A DNA stretch of 61,203 bases from Anaerolineales bacterium (lineage in GTDB: Bacteria; Chloroflexota; Anaerolineae; Anaerolineales; E44-bin32). Shown piece after piece: positions 26,504 through 34,738 of the stretch. The stretch's first letter is position 1. Every line of letters begins with the position of its first letter. The position numbers and the translations under genes are program-made. The DNA is taken from positions 1-61,203 of the forward strand of contig JBHIBY010000002.1 in the NCBI GenBank assembly GCA_046759305.1, given 5' to 3'. Under the pieces are notes generated by a model that was given only the letters and a program-made list of their open reading frames with translations, made no database searches and was not told where the DNA came from.

Positions 26504-27508
26504 ATGTCCGTCCGTTACCTTATCGTCGGAGGGCTTCGAGAAGACTATTGTATCACCCACGACGGTCAGGCCCGATCAGGCGTACTGGGTGGCAATGCAG
26601 TATATGCAGCTGCCGGGGCGGCATTATGGTCTGATTCGGTCGGCCTGGTTGGCCGTGTCGGATCTAATTTCCCACGCGCGTGGTTGGATGAAATTGCGCA
26701 TACAGGGTTAGATATCGGCGGAGTCACGGTACTGCCTGATCCTCAAGATACTCGGACCTTCTATGCCTATCTCTCCCTCGAGGATCGAGTCGATACAAAT
26801 CCAAATCTGCACTATCAGCGGGCAGGGATTCCCTTGCCAAAAGCACTTGTAGATTACGCTTCATCGACCGAGGGGCAGCAGTTCAAGGATCAGTTCGGGC
26901 CGCTGGCCATTCGGCCAGATGACCTCCCAGCCACCGCTGATACCGTGGTGGCCGCCCATCTAGCGCCAGGTGATTACCTCACTCACAGCATCGTACCGGC
27001 CCGATTGCGTGCATCTGGAGTCGAACTGGTGACCGTAGATCCCTCCTTGCGATATATGGAGCCTGACTTCAGTAGGGAGCTGCCGAATCTCCTGAAGGGG
27101 CTAGCGGCTTTTTTGCCCAGCGAGTCAGAAGCCCGATCCTATTTCCAGCCTCGGCCGCCTGAACTGTGGGAGATGGCTGAGAGCTTGTCGGAGCTTGGTT
27201 GCCCAATCGTTGGGATCAAGCGTGGCGGGGCGGGATTGTACCTTTGGAACCGGGAGAATCGGCAGCGCTGGCACATTCCTGCCTACCCAGCTGAAGTTGT
27301 TGATGTCACTGGTGTCGGTGACGCTCTATGCGGTGGATTCCTGGTCGGCTTGAGCGAGACCCAAGATGCGCTCGAGGCTGGCCTGATGGGGAGCGTATCT
27401 GCCTCGCTCGCAATTGAGGGCGCAGGAGCGCTCTACACGATGGATGCGGCGCCAGGTCTACCCGAAGCTAGACTTGAGGCGCTCCGATCGACAGCACGTA
27501 TGATTTAG
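26504..27508 (+). CDS. PfkB-family carbohydrate kinase
   Basis: The ribokinase fold is indicated by GGNAVYAA and DVTGVGDALCGGF (the DTxGAGD-type motif). Confidence 0.85.
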   Translation: MSVRYLIVGGLREDYCITHDGQARSGVLGGNAVYAAAGAALWSDSVGLVGRVGSNFPRAWLDEIAHTGLDIGGVTVLPDPQDTRTFYAYLSLEDRVDTNPNLHYQRAGIPLPKALVDYASSTEGQQFKDQFGPLAIRPDDLPATADTVVAAHLAPGDYLTHSIVPARLRASGVELVTVDPSLRYMEPDFSRELPNLLKGLAAFLPSESEARSYFQPRPPELWEMAESLSELGCPIVGIKRGGAGLYLWNRENRQRWHIPAYPAEVVDVTGVGDALCGGFLVGLSETQDALEAGLMGSVSASLAIEGAGALYTMDAAPGLPEARLEALRSTARMI

Positions 27509-27510
27509 AT

Positions 27511-28611
27511 ATGGATCTTAATCGCTGGATAGACCGAACACTAACCATACAATCCATTCCGGCGCCGACCTTCAATGAAGCGGAGAGAGCCCGGTTCCTG
27601 AGATCCGAATTCGAGGAGTTGGGTGTGGCTCAGCTGGAGCAAGATGAGGTTGGCAACTTGTTTGCCCGAATCCGTGGCGCCGATGCTCCACCCATAGTTG
27701 TCTCTGCTCATCTGGACACGGTCTTCTCAGATGCTACCGACTTATCGCATCGTCGAACACGATCGAGGCTGATGGGTCCGGGAGTCGGTGACAACTCAGT
27801 TGCACTGGCTGCCCTACTGGAACTTGGCCGGGATCTGAAGGATCGAGAGCTGGCCGGCGACGTTTGGCTTGTCGCTAATGTGGGAGAGGAGGGCTTGGGC
27901 AATCTGCGCGGCATGCGCGAAGTTGTTGATCGGTTTGGCTCGAATGTCACGGCGTACATCGTTCTGGAAGGGATGGCATTGGGGCATATCTATCATCGGG
28001 CGCTGCCAGTCCGGCGCTATCGGATCACAATCCGTACCGATGGCGGCCATTCCTGGATACATGCGGGTCGGACCTCGGCCCTTCATAAGCTTGTGGATGT
28101 TGGCAAGCGGCTATTGGAGATGCGAATTCCAGGCGACCCGCGCACGACCCTGAACATTGGCCGGATGGAGGGTGGGCGTTCTATCAACAGTATCGCAGAT
28201 GCGGCGTTACTTGAAATTGATTTGCGCTCCGAATCCGAAGCTACGCTCGACGGATTGGATCGCCGACTCCGGACCTTAATCGAGGGCATCCAAGCGGAGG
28301 GCGCAGCAATTGAACTGGCTTTGGTGGGATCGCGCCCGGGCGGCGATCTGGCGGCGGATCACCCGCTTGTTCTCGCTGCTCTCGAATCGCTAATGCAAGC
28401 TGGTGAACGAGAGGCCTACCTCGAGTTCGGCTCGACGGACGCCAGCGTGCCTCTTAATCGCGGTATTCCAGCGGTCTGCGTCGGAATCACCAAGGGCGGC
28501 GAGGCCCACACAACGCGCGAATACATCGAAATCAAACCGATGCGAACTGGTTACTTGTCGATTTTGAATCTAATCGAAACGTCCTTCTCATTGAACGGCG
28601 CGGCTGGGTAG
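27511..28611 (+). CDS. M20-family metallopeptidase/deacylase (ArgE/DapE/PepT-like)
   Basis: Metal-binding motifs are present: VVSAHLDTVF, GVGDNSVALAALLEL, ANVGEEGLGNLRG, GGHSW. Confidence 0.85.
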   Translation: MDLNRWIDRTLTIQSIPAPTFNEAERARFLRSEFEELGVAQLEQDEVGNLFARIRGADAPPIVVSAHLDTVFSDATDLSHRRTRSRLMGPGVGDNSVALAALLELGRDLKDRELAGDVWLVANVGEEGLGNLRGMREVVDRFGSNVTAYIVLEGMALGHIYHRALPVRRYRITIRTDGGHSWIHAGRTSALHKLVDVGKRLLEMRIPGDPRTTLNIGRMEGGRSINSIADAALLEIDLRSESEATLDGLDRRLRTLIEGIQAEGAAIELALVGSRPGGDLAADHPLVLAALESLMQAGEREAYLEFGSTDASVPLNRGIPAVCVGITKGGEAHTTREYIEIKPMRTGYLSILNLIETSFSLNGAAG

Positions 28612-28750
28612 TTTGCTCAGGCGATTACGGAAGGGATCCTACTGAGCATTTCAATGAACGGCGGGCCGGGGCAGCTAAGTCAAGGGATTGAGGATTGGAT
28701 CGTACGGCTTTCTCATTAAACGGCGAGGCAGCCTGGCTGATTCAGGGAGT
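28585..28750. repeat. Three degenerate direct repeats (~62 bp period) starting in the last codons of the M20 gene
   Basis: The copies are TTCTCATTGAACGGCGCGGCTGGG (28585), ATTTCAATGAACGGCGGGCCGGGG (28648) and TTCTCATTAAACGGCGAGGCAGCC (28710). The flanks are also similar (..GCTCAGGCGATT / ..AGTCAAGGGATT / ..ATTCAGGGAGT). Confidence 0.5.
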
Positions 28751-29530
28751 CGCTGAGGGAGTTGTTGTTACGGGGAATCCCACAACCTCAAAGCGAGTCG
28801 AAACGATCCAAGTCTCCCCTAGAAACATCTGCACTTCATATTCGCCGGGTAGCCACCCCTTAAGCGGTGTGCATTCTGTGTAGCCGTATCCACCCGTGCC
28901 CCCATCCCACGGCTTAGTCTCTGAACATACGATTTGAGAACCCTGATACCAGATGGCAGTCCAGCGCACCCCATCATCTAAAAAGTCGTAAGTAAAGGCC
29001 CCAAAAAGTGTATCGATCGGGTTTTCAAACTCGGAATCAGATCCGATTGCGCGGTTTAAAGTGTCCAGATTGCGGCTGACTTGGATCGCGCTGAATACAG
29101 CTTCTGGTCGCGGCGTGACTGTTTCCCTGAACAGGACTGTCAGTCCTTCCGGTATTTCGGGTGTCGCTGTCGCGGAAGGAGTCGGTGTGACACTGGGAGT
29201 CGGAGTGACAGAGGCGGTCGGGGTCGTTGATGGCGTCAGGGTTATCGTCGGCGTAAGCGTGGCGGTTGGTATGGGAGTAATTGAGGGTGTAGGTGTCACA
29301 ATCACTGCCGCGGCTTGAGATCCAAATAGCCGCGTCACCAATCCGAAGAATCCAAGCGCGAATCCCAGCAGAATTAGCCGCCACCCTTCCCGGATGCGCT
29401 TGCGGCGCAGGGCGAAGAAGGGGATTTCCTGAGCGTTGCGCAGTCGACGCCATCCAAGCCAAAGGAATATAGGCATAGATAGCGAGAGCAGCACCACCAA
29501 GATGGCGATGGCGGAATCGATGGTACCCAG
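28742..29530 (-). CDS. Membrane-anchored protein with a Thr/Pro linker and an unassigned C-terminal domain
   Basis: It has a TM helix, an Arg-rich loop, a second TM, a TPTPS-type linker and a ~130 aa globular C-terminus. The track start is TTG 29500. AGGGAGGA (29544..29537) lies 6 nt before an in-frame CTG at 29530, so the start is uncertain. Confidence 0.6.
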   Translation of the reverse strand: MGTIDSAIAILVVLLSLSMPIFLWLGWRRLRNAQEIPFFALRRKRIREGWRLILLGFALGFFGLVTRLFGSQAAAVIVTPTPSITPIPTATLTPTITLTPSTTPTASVTPTPSVTPTPSATATPEIPEGLTVLFRETVTPRPEAVFSAIQVSRNLDTLNRAIGSDSEFENPIDTLFGAFTYDFLDDGVRWTAIWYQGSQIVCSETKPWDGGTGGYGYTECTPLKGWLPGEYEVQMFLGETWIVSTRFEVVGFPVTTTPSATP

Positions 29531-29614
29531 AAGTGATCCTCCCTGGGAAATACTTGTGGCCGGTCGAGCTCTAGTATTTTGAGATAGGGGGCTGGCCGGA
29601 GTCTTAAAGACCGG

Positions 29615-30718
29615 TCAGCTCACTGTGAAGTAGCTGAAGTGGAACTGGATCTTGCCCTCTCTCAGACCCAGTGTATCGTTTCCGTCGATCACTTGTCCAC
29701 GAGAACTTTGTGCAGTCCAAGTGTAGTGGCGAGTACTCCCTGAGCCGGCTTTGCCAGTGATCTCGAATGTTCCCCCAGGCAGCACCTCATGCATGAGCTT
29801 TCCATACCAATCCGCAATTGCCTGGCGCGTAAAGACGGTACGTTCTCCCGTTACATGTGCTGCGTTTTCAGCATAGAGCCCTGCTACAAGTTCTCGATCG
29901 TGCTGATTCATTCTTCCGACCAAGCGGTCGGGCATTTCAGCAATTGGGGGATCGGTTGGCCAGCTAAAATTTGAGACCGCGCTCCAAAGATCATGGTAAG
30001 CGGGCCGGGTTCCAACATCCCAGCTCCAAGCGTTTGCGGCACTCAAGCCCATTTTCTTGGCCTTGGCAAAGAAACGTGCTGTTTCTTCCGCTGTGGGTCG
30101 CCAATCTCCCCGGCCATAAATGGGTGCGGTAGGGATAACCGGTCGGGCGGGATTGAGCGCCATATATTGCTCAACGCAGATCTCTAGCTGGGTCTCTGGG
30201 TTGTGTCTTTGCTCATAGTAGACCTGCGGCATGGAGTAGTCACATCCGGCAAGAAATTCTGCGTATGGCAGAGTTCTATGAAGTCTCGGAAATCTGTAGG
30301 TGCTTAAGGCGATGGGGAGATCGGACAATGCCGAACGCAGTTCGTTCATATATCGGGTTGCGGCCGTCTTCTTGCTATTTGATTGATACTCAGCTTCAGC
30401 ATCGATCACGAAGCCATCCATCCCAAGCGCCTTGGTCCGGCGGATAGCCAGCTGCGCTTCTCCAATTGGATTGCGGCCACGGACATACTGCCATCCCCAG
30501 ACTTCGATCCCCTCCTCCTTGAGGGCTTGAAGCACCGGCGGGATCAAATCGACCTTCGTTTTGGGATCCAAGTTGTAGGACCAATAATCCCCATCCGCGA
30601 TCTTGATAAGAACGTGTGATAGCCCAGCGGCCTTTGCCTTCGCAGCAATGACCTCCGGATCCCCGCCATCACATTTCCAGAGCTGCCAAATGAACAGCCC
30701 TTTCCCGCGTAATGTCAC
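29615..30718 (-). CDS. Glycoside-hydrolase-like TIM-barrel domain (GH25/DUF1906-like) fused to a SnoaL/NTF2-like domain
   Basis: The N-terminal ~250 aa have an alternating beta/alpha pattern with acidic strand ends (GFVIDAEAEY, QVYYE). This reminds me of Rv2525c-like/GH25-like hydrolases. The C-terminal ~110 aa are NTF2-like. There is a GTGA overlap with dinB. Confidence 0.5.
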   Translation of the reverse strand: MTLRGKGLFIWQLWKCDGGDPEVIAAKAKAAGLSHVLIKIADGDYWSYNLDPKTKVDLIPPVLQALKEEGIEVWGWQYVRGRNPIGEAQLAIRRTKALGMDGFVIDAEAEYQSNSKKTAATRYMNELRSALSDLPIALSTYRFPRLHRTLPYAEFLAGCDYSMPQVYYEQRHNPETQLEICVEQYMALNPARPVIPTAPIYGRGDWRPTAEETARFFAKAKKMGLSAANAWSWDVGTRPAYHDLWSAVSNFSWPTDPPIAEMPDRLVGRMNQHDRELVAGLYAENAAHVTGERTVFTRQAIADWYGKLMHEVLPGGTFEITGKAGSGSTRHYTWTAQSSRGQVIDGNDTLGLREGKIQFHFSYFTVS

Positions 30719-31881
30719 TCTGAATCCTCCCCTGAACGCTTACTCATGCTTCCGGCTCGACGCAGTGCGCGATGTCCATACTTCTCGCGGATATCATCGA
30801 CCGCTTTCAGCAATCTGTGATCCTGCTCCCAGCCTTGATCGAATAGCTCAAGCTGTCGCATAGGGGGACCCAAATCCGCAATTCCGACCCCCAACAGGCG
30901 AACCGCCTTTCCTGGCCGCCAATTGTCTGTGAACAGCTTGAGTGCTGCGGAATATATTTCTCCATCGTGATCGGTTGGCTGACGAAGCCGCATCTGGCGT
31001 GTGAAGGTCGAAAAATCCGGCCATCGAAGCTTGATGCGTACGGTAGCACCTACCACCCCTGCTTTCCTCACTCTGCTCCCCACCCGCTCGCTCAGGTGGA
31101 GCAAATGCCGGCGTAGATCCTGCATGGATTCCACATCCCTAGGAAATGTTCGTTCGGCTGATACCGACCGCCGATCGTGTAACTCCTGAACAGGCCGGTT
31201 GTCTACCCCTTTGGCCCTAGATGCAAGATCCGTACCCCGTGCCCCAAAGAGTTGCTCAAGACGAGATTCGGGCAATGCGGCTAGATCCCCAATCGTGCGA
31301 ATGCCATGTTTCGCAAATCGTGCCGACGTTTTGGGTCCAACGCCCCACATCATGCTGACGGGGAGCGGCGCCAGAAAGGTGGATTCTTTTCCAGGAGGAA
31401 CGACAACCAGTCCCTTTGGCTTGCCAACTTCGGTAGCGATTTTGGCCACCAGCTTATTCGTGGCTACCCCCCAGGAAGTTGGGAGTTTGAACTGCTTGAG
31501 AATATCCATCTGCATCTCAGCTGCCGCTTGCTCCCCGCCCCGCGGATCATCACTGACATCCAAGAAGGCCTCATCGATTGATATCTGCTGCATGACCGGA
31601 ACTTCTCCCCGCAGGTAGCGCATGACCTTACGGGAGTATTCTGAATAGTCCCCGTGGTTGGAGCTGACAGCAATCAAGTCTGGGTGCAGCCTCAAAGCCC
31701 TTGACATCGGCATGGCAGATCTGATTCCAAACTTGCGCGCGGGATACGAGGCGGAGGTCACCACGCCGCGACCCTCCGGGCTGCCCCCAACCACAAATGC
31801 TTTGCCACGAAGGTCCGGATTACGAATCTCCTCCACTGAGCAGAAGAATGCGTCCAGATCAACGTGCAGTATCTGTCTCAC
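30715..31881 (-). CDS. dinB: DNA polymerase IV (Y-family)
   Basis: Y-family motifs are present: ILHVDLDAFFCSVEE, SIDEAFLD, VATNKLVAKIA, GVGPKT. Confidence 0.93.
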   Translation of the reverse strand: MRQILHVDLDAFFCSVEEIRNPDLRGKAFVVGGSPEGRGVVTSASYPARKFGIRSAMPMSRALRLHPDLIAVSSNHGDYSEYSRKVMRYLRGEVPVMQQISIDEAFLDVSDDPRGGEQAAAEMQMDILKQFKLPTSWGVATNKLVAKIATEVGKPKGLVVVPPGKESTFLAPLPVSMMWGVGPKTSARFAKHGIRTIGDLAALPESRLEQLFGARGTDLASRAKGVDNRPVQELHDRRSVSAERTFPRDVESMQDLRRHLLHLSERVGSRVRKAGVVGATVRIKLRWPDFSTFTRQMRLRQPTDHDGEIYSAALKLFTDNWRPGKAVRLLGVGIADLGPPMRQLELFDQGWEQDHRLLKAVDDIREKYGHRALRRAGSMSKRSGEDSE

Positions 31882-31968
31882 TTCAGGCTAAAGCCTCTCG
31901 TAGTTGCACCGCCGACTGCAGTAAGATTGTGCCCAGGGGCATCGAAGGGCCTTGGAGAGCAATCATTC

Positions 31969-32187
31969 ATGGAGACCCGACAACAAGTTGCACTACGGAG
32001 ATTAGAGCAAAATCCGAGGGTCAGCAAGATACGACTCATCGTGGCTGACGATGCCTGCCCTGCTTGCCGCCGGCAGGAAGGCGAGTATGACAAGGGGAAA
32101 GCGCCTGAACTTCCTACGCGCGGGTGCTCTCACGCCTTGAAATGTCGCTGTTTCTACGAGCCAACCCTGACCGAGATCTTTCCATAA
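31969..32187 (+). CDS. Small Cys-rich zinc-ribbon protein (Mu-F/SPP1-gp7 C-terminal-like motif)
   Basis: It has DDACPACRRQEG...PELPTRGCSHALKCRCFYEP. ATG 31969 is preceded by GGAGAG. The track's 31864 start would overlap the dinB start. Confidence 0.45.
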   Translation: METRQQVALRRLEQNPRVSKIRLIVADDACPACRRQEGEYDKGKAPELPTRGCSHALKCRCFYEPTLTEIFP

Positions 32188-33645
32188 CTAACTTATTCGC
32201 TGGCGAGCAAATTCCAGCGCCTGCTCAGCAGATTCAATTTTCCCCTCCACCTGCCCTTCCGCGATAGCTGCAAGCATCTCCCCGATCACGGGTCCTGGTA
32301 CTAAATTCAACTCGGCTTCAAGTTCGTCACCTCGAAGCAATCGGGGAGGCTCAACAATGCGCCTGCGGTTTTCGAACCAGGCTCCAAACAGTTGCTGAAC
32401 CACGCGAAGTTTCAACTCCCACGTTTCTTGCGGCAGCGATCGGGCAAATGAGGAGGCCAGATAAAGCAGAGCTGCTTCCACCCCAACCGCCCCGCAGTCC
32501 CGGAAATAGCGATGAGCGCCCAGGTCCGTCATCTCAGTTTCCAAATCAACAGCTCGATTTCGGTAGCCGGCAATGGTGCGGACTCGAGCTGCTTCTGCCT
32601 CGCTGAAACGGAGCTCGCGGACGCGTTGATACGCCACGCGATGAGGGTGCGCCACCTCTGTGTACAATGCTGCAAGAACCAGCATCTGGATTGATCGGTG
32701 TCCACCACGAATTGTGGTTGCCAGGTGCTCTCCCAGAGCAGTCCGAAATCGACCAAGGTGCAGCGTCAATTCAGCCAGAGGCAGATTGCCTGTTCCTTCT
32801 AGCTCGAAGTTTTCCACCACGGCACCCATAACCTCAGAGAGTCCGTCGACAATACGCAGAGTGTGATTCCATGCATCGCTTTCAAGCTCAGCCTGCTCCG
32901 GAAGTACGCTTTGAAGCAGATCAAGCCTACGCATGAGCCGCATAGAAGTTGCCGCCCCGGGGTGATCCAGCATCTTCGAGAGTTCATCGCGCTTTCTTTC
33001 GGCCGCACAATTGGATAGTACGCCCGCAGACAGCCGGATCTGCTCTTTGGTTTGAGCCTCCAGTTGCAGCGTCAACCCGACCGCTAAACGCGCAGCACGT
33101 AAGGAGCGGATGGCGTCCCGCTCGATCGAATCGGATGCGCAAGCCCTTAATATCCTGTCTTTGAGGTCTTGAAGACCTCCCAAAGGATCGATCAAGTGCT
33201 CAGGATCATCTAAGTCAACGGCGAGAGCGTTTATTGAGAAATCCCGGAGTCGAAGATCCTCTTCGATAGTCGAAGCCCTCAGGCGGGCGAGATCCAGTGT
33301 TGCCCTTCCGGGCAACATCACACGTGCAGCATCGCGCTTCTCATCCAATACGTAATACGGTACGCCAAGGGCGTCCGCCAATCCGCGCGCCAGGGGAATG
33401 GCACGATCTTCAACGGCGAGATCGAGATCCGGTTGTTTTAATTCGAGGAAATGGTCACGCAGCGCTCCTCCGACAAGCCAAACTTTCCGACCCTCAGCTT
33501 GCATCCGCACGAGCGCGGCCAGGTCTGTCGGCAGCAGGTGATCAACTAGCGTCGGCAAACTCGGAGACTTTATCTTGGCGAAGTACGCCAATGAACGGCA
33601 AGTTTCGATAGTACTCATCGAGATCCAGACCATAACCAAACACAA
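32188..33645 (-). CDS. tRNA nucleotidyltransferase/poly(A) polymerase family protein (CCA-adding-enzyme-like)
   Basis: It has VWLVGGALRDHFL...DLDLAV (the GG..RD...DxD pol-beta NTase motif). The start is uncertain: the first ~35 codons overlap the hpt 3' end. Confidence 0.8.
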   Translation of the reverse strand: MCLVMVWISMSTIETCRSLAYFAKIKSPSLPTLVDHLLPTDLAALVRMQAEGRKVWLVGGALRDHFLELKQPDLDLAVEDRAIPLARGLADALGVPYYVLDEKRDAARVMLPGRATLDLARLRASTIEEDLRLRDFSINALAVDLDDPEHLIDPLGGLQDLKDRILRACASDSIERDAIRSLRAARLAVGLTLQLEAQTKEQIRLSAGVLSNCAAERKRDELSKMLDHPGAATSMRLMRRLDLLQSVLPEQAELESDAWNHTLRIVDGLSEVMGAVVENFELEGTGNLPLAELTLHLGRFRTALGEHLATTIRGGHRSIQMLVLAALYTEVAHPHRVAYQRVRELRFSEAEAARVRTIAGYRNRAVDLETEMTDLGAHRYFRDCGAVGVEAALLYLASSFARSLPQETWELKLRVVQQLFGAWFENRRRIVEPPRLLRGDELEAELNLVPGPVIGEMLAAIAEGQVEGKIESAEQALEFARQRIS

Positions 33646-34108
33646 ACTTATTCGGTATCTCGAAACCTCGATAGTCGATAGGTATCTCGGATTCTCTTCG
33701 TTCAGGCTTATCGAGCAGAGTACAAACCTTCAGTGACTCTGGTCGTCGCAAATTGAGCAGCTCGAGAACGGAGGCGATAGTGTTCCCGCTATCGATGATG
33801 TCCTCAACCAAAAGCACATTGCGTCCTCCGATGGAGGTCGTTAGATCAAGAGTAATCCGGACCTGACCTTTGGATTGCCGGGCACCCACGCCATAGGAAG
33901 ACACGGCCATGAAATCGATGCTGTGCGGTACTGTGAGCTCGCGCATTAGGTCGGTAAGAAACAAGACTCCTCCGCGCAGGATGCAGATCAGCAGTAAGTC
34001 CTGACCCGCATAATCGGAACTGATCTCCTGCCCCAACTCTCGGATGCGGTTCTGCAGCCGATCCTCGCTGATCAATATCTCTTCTAGGTATTCATGGTAG
34101 TCGTTCAT
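33542..34108 (-). CDS. hpt: Hypoxanthine phosphoribosyltransferase
   Basis: It has the PRPP motif [13 protein letters not shown] and the typical N-terminus [21 protein letters not shown]. Confidence 0.92.
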   Translation of the reverse strand: MNDYHEYLEEILISEDRLQNRIRELGQEISSDYAGQDLLLICILRGGVLFLTDLMRELTVPHSIDFMAVSSYGVGARQSKGQVRITLDLTTSIGGRNVLLVEDIIDSGNTIASVLELLNLRRPESLKVCTLLDKPERRESEIPIDYRGFEIPNKFVFGYGLDLDEYYRNLPFIGVLRQDKVSEFADAS

Positions 34109-34665
34109 TCGGGCACCTCATGGTGCTCTCGGCAGCGGGCCTCATACAACTCACTCGCACCGACCACGATAATTGGATCCGATGCGCGCGCGGGAGCATT
34201 ATCGATCAAGCGCTGTGTCCGATTGGCCGGTTTCCCGCAGATCATACAAATGGCATGCAACTTGTCGACCCGTTCCGCGGTGGCCATGAGCCTGGGCACC
34301 GGACCAAATGGATTGCCACGAAAGTCTGTGTCCAGACCGGCGACGATCACTCGCCTGCCTTCATCAGCCATATCCCGACACACCTTAAGGATCATGTCGT
34401 CGAAGAATTGGGCCTCATCTATTGCGACAACGGTCGTGTCCCCGGCCACTTCTTTGGGTATCGCCTCAGCACTTTCAATGGGAGTCGCTTCGAACTGCCC
34501 TCCAGCGTGCGAAGTGACCATTTCGGAGTGATAGCGATCGTCGAGGCGAGGCTTGAACACTTGCACCTTCTGCTTGGCGATAGTGGCCCGCCTTAGCCTG
34601 CGAATCAACTCGTCCGTTTTTCCGCTGAACATTGAACCTGTGATGACTTCTAGTGATCCCGTCAA
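34105..34665 (-). CDS. tdk: Thymidine kinase
   Basis: It has [14 protein letters not shown] (P-loop), [10 protein letters not shown] and a zinc ribbon (CMICGKPA...CREHH). The start is moved to TTG 34665, which is preceded by GGGGGAAGAG. The 34704 extension contains the rpmE terminator hairpin. Confidence 0.9.
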   Translation of the reverse strand: MTGSLEVITGSMFSGKTDELIRRLRRATIAKQKVQVFKPRLDDRYHSEMVTSHAGGQFEATPIESAEAIPKEVAGDTTVVAIDEAQFFDDMILKVCRDMADEGRRVIVAGLDTDFRGNPFGPVPRLMATAERVDKLHAICMICGKPANRTQRLIDNAPARASDPIIVVGASELYEARCREHHEVPE

Positions 34666-34682
34666 GTTTCTCTTCCCCCGGA

Positions 34683-34714
34683 TATGAAAAAGGCAGGTGC
34701 CCAAGCACCTGCCT
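34683..34714 (-). terminator. Rho-independent terminator after rplU-rpmA-rpmE
   Basis: On the minus strand, AGGCAGGTGC-TTGG-GCACCTGCCT (10 bp perfect stem) is followed by TTTTTCATAT. Confidence 0.85.
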
Positions 34715-34738
34715 TGAGTTTACTCCAAAGCTGTTGGG

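Noticed and set aside
28585-28750. The three tandem units considered as a CRISPR array.
   Set aside because: There are only three copies. The repeats are degenerate (not near-identical 25-40 nt units). The first copy is the coding 3' end of the M20 gene. No cas genes are present in the window.
34666-34704. The 13-codon N-terminal extension of thymidine kinase ([13 protein letters not shown]).
   Set aside because: This segment is the rpmE terminator hairpin plus its U-tract. An SD (GGGGGAAGAG) precedes the in-frame TTG at 34665, which gives the usual short Tdk N-terminus before the P-loop.
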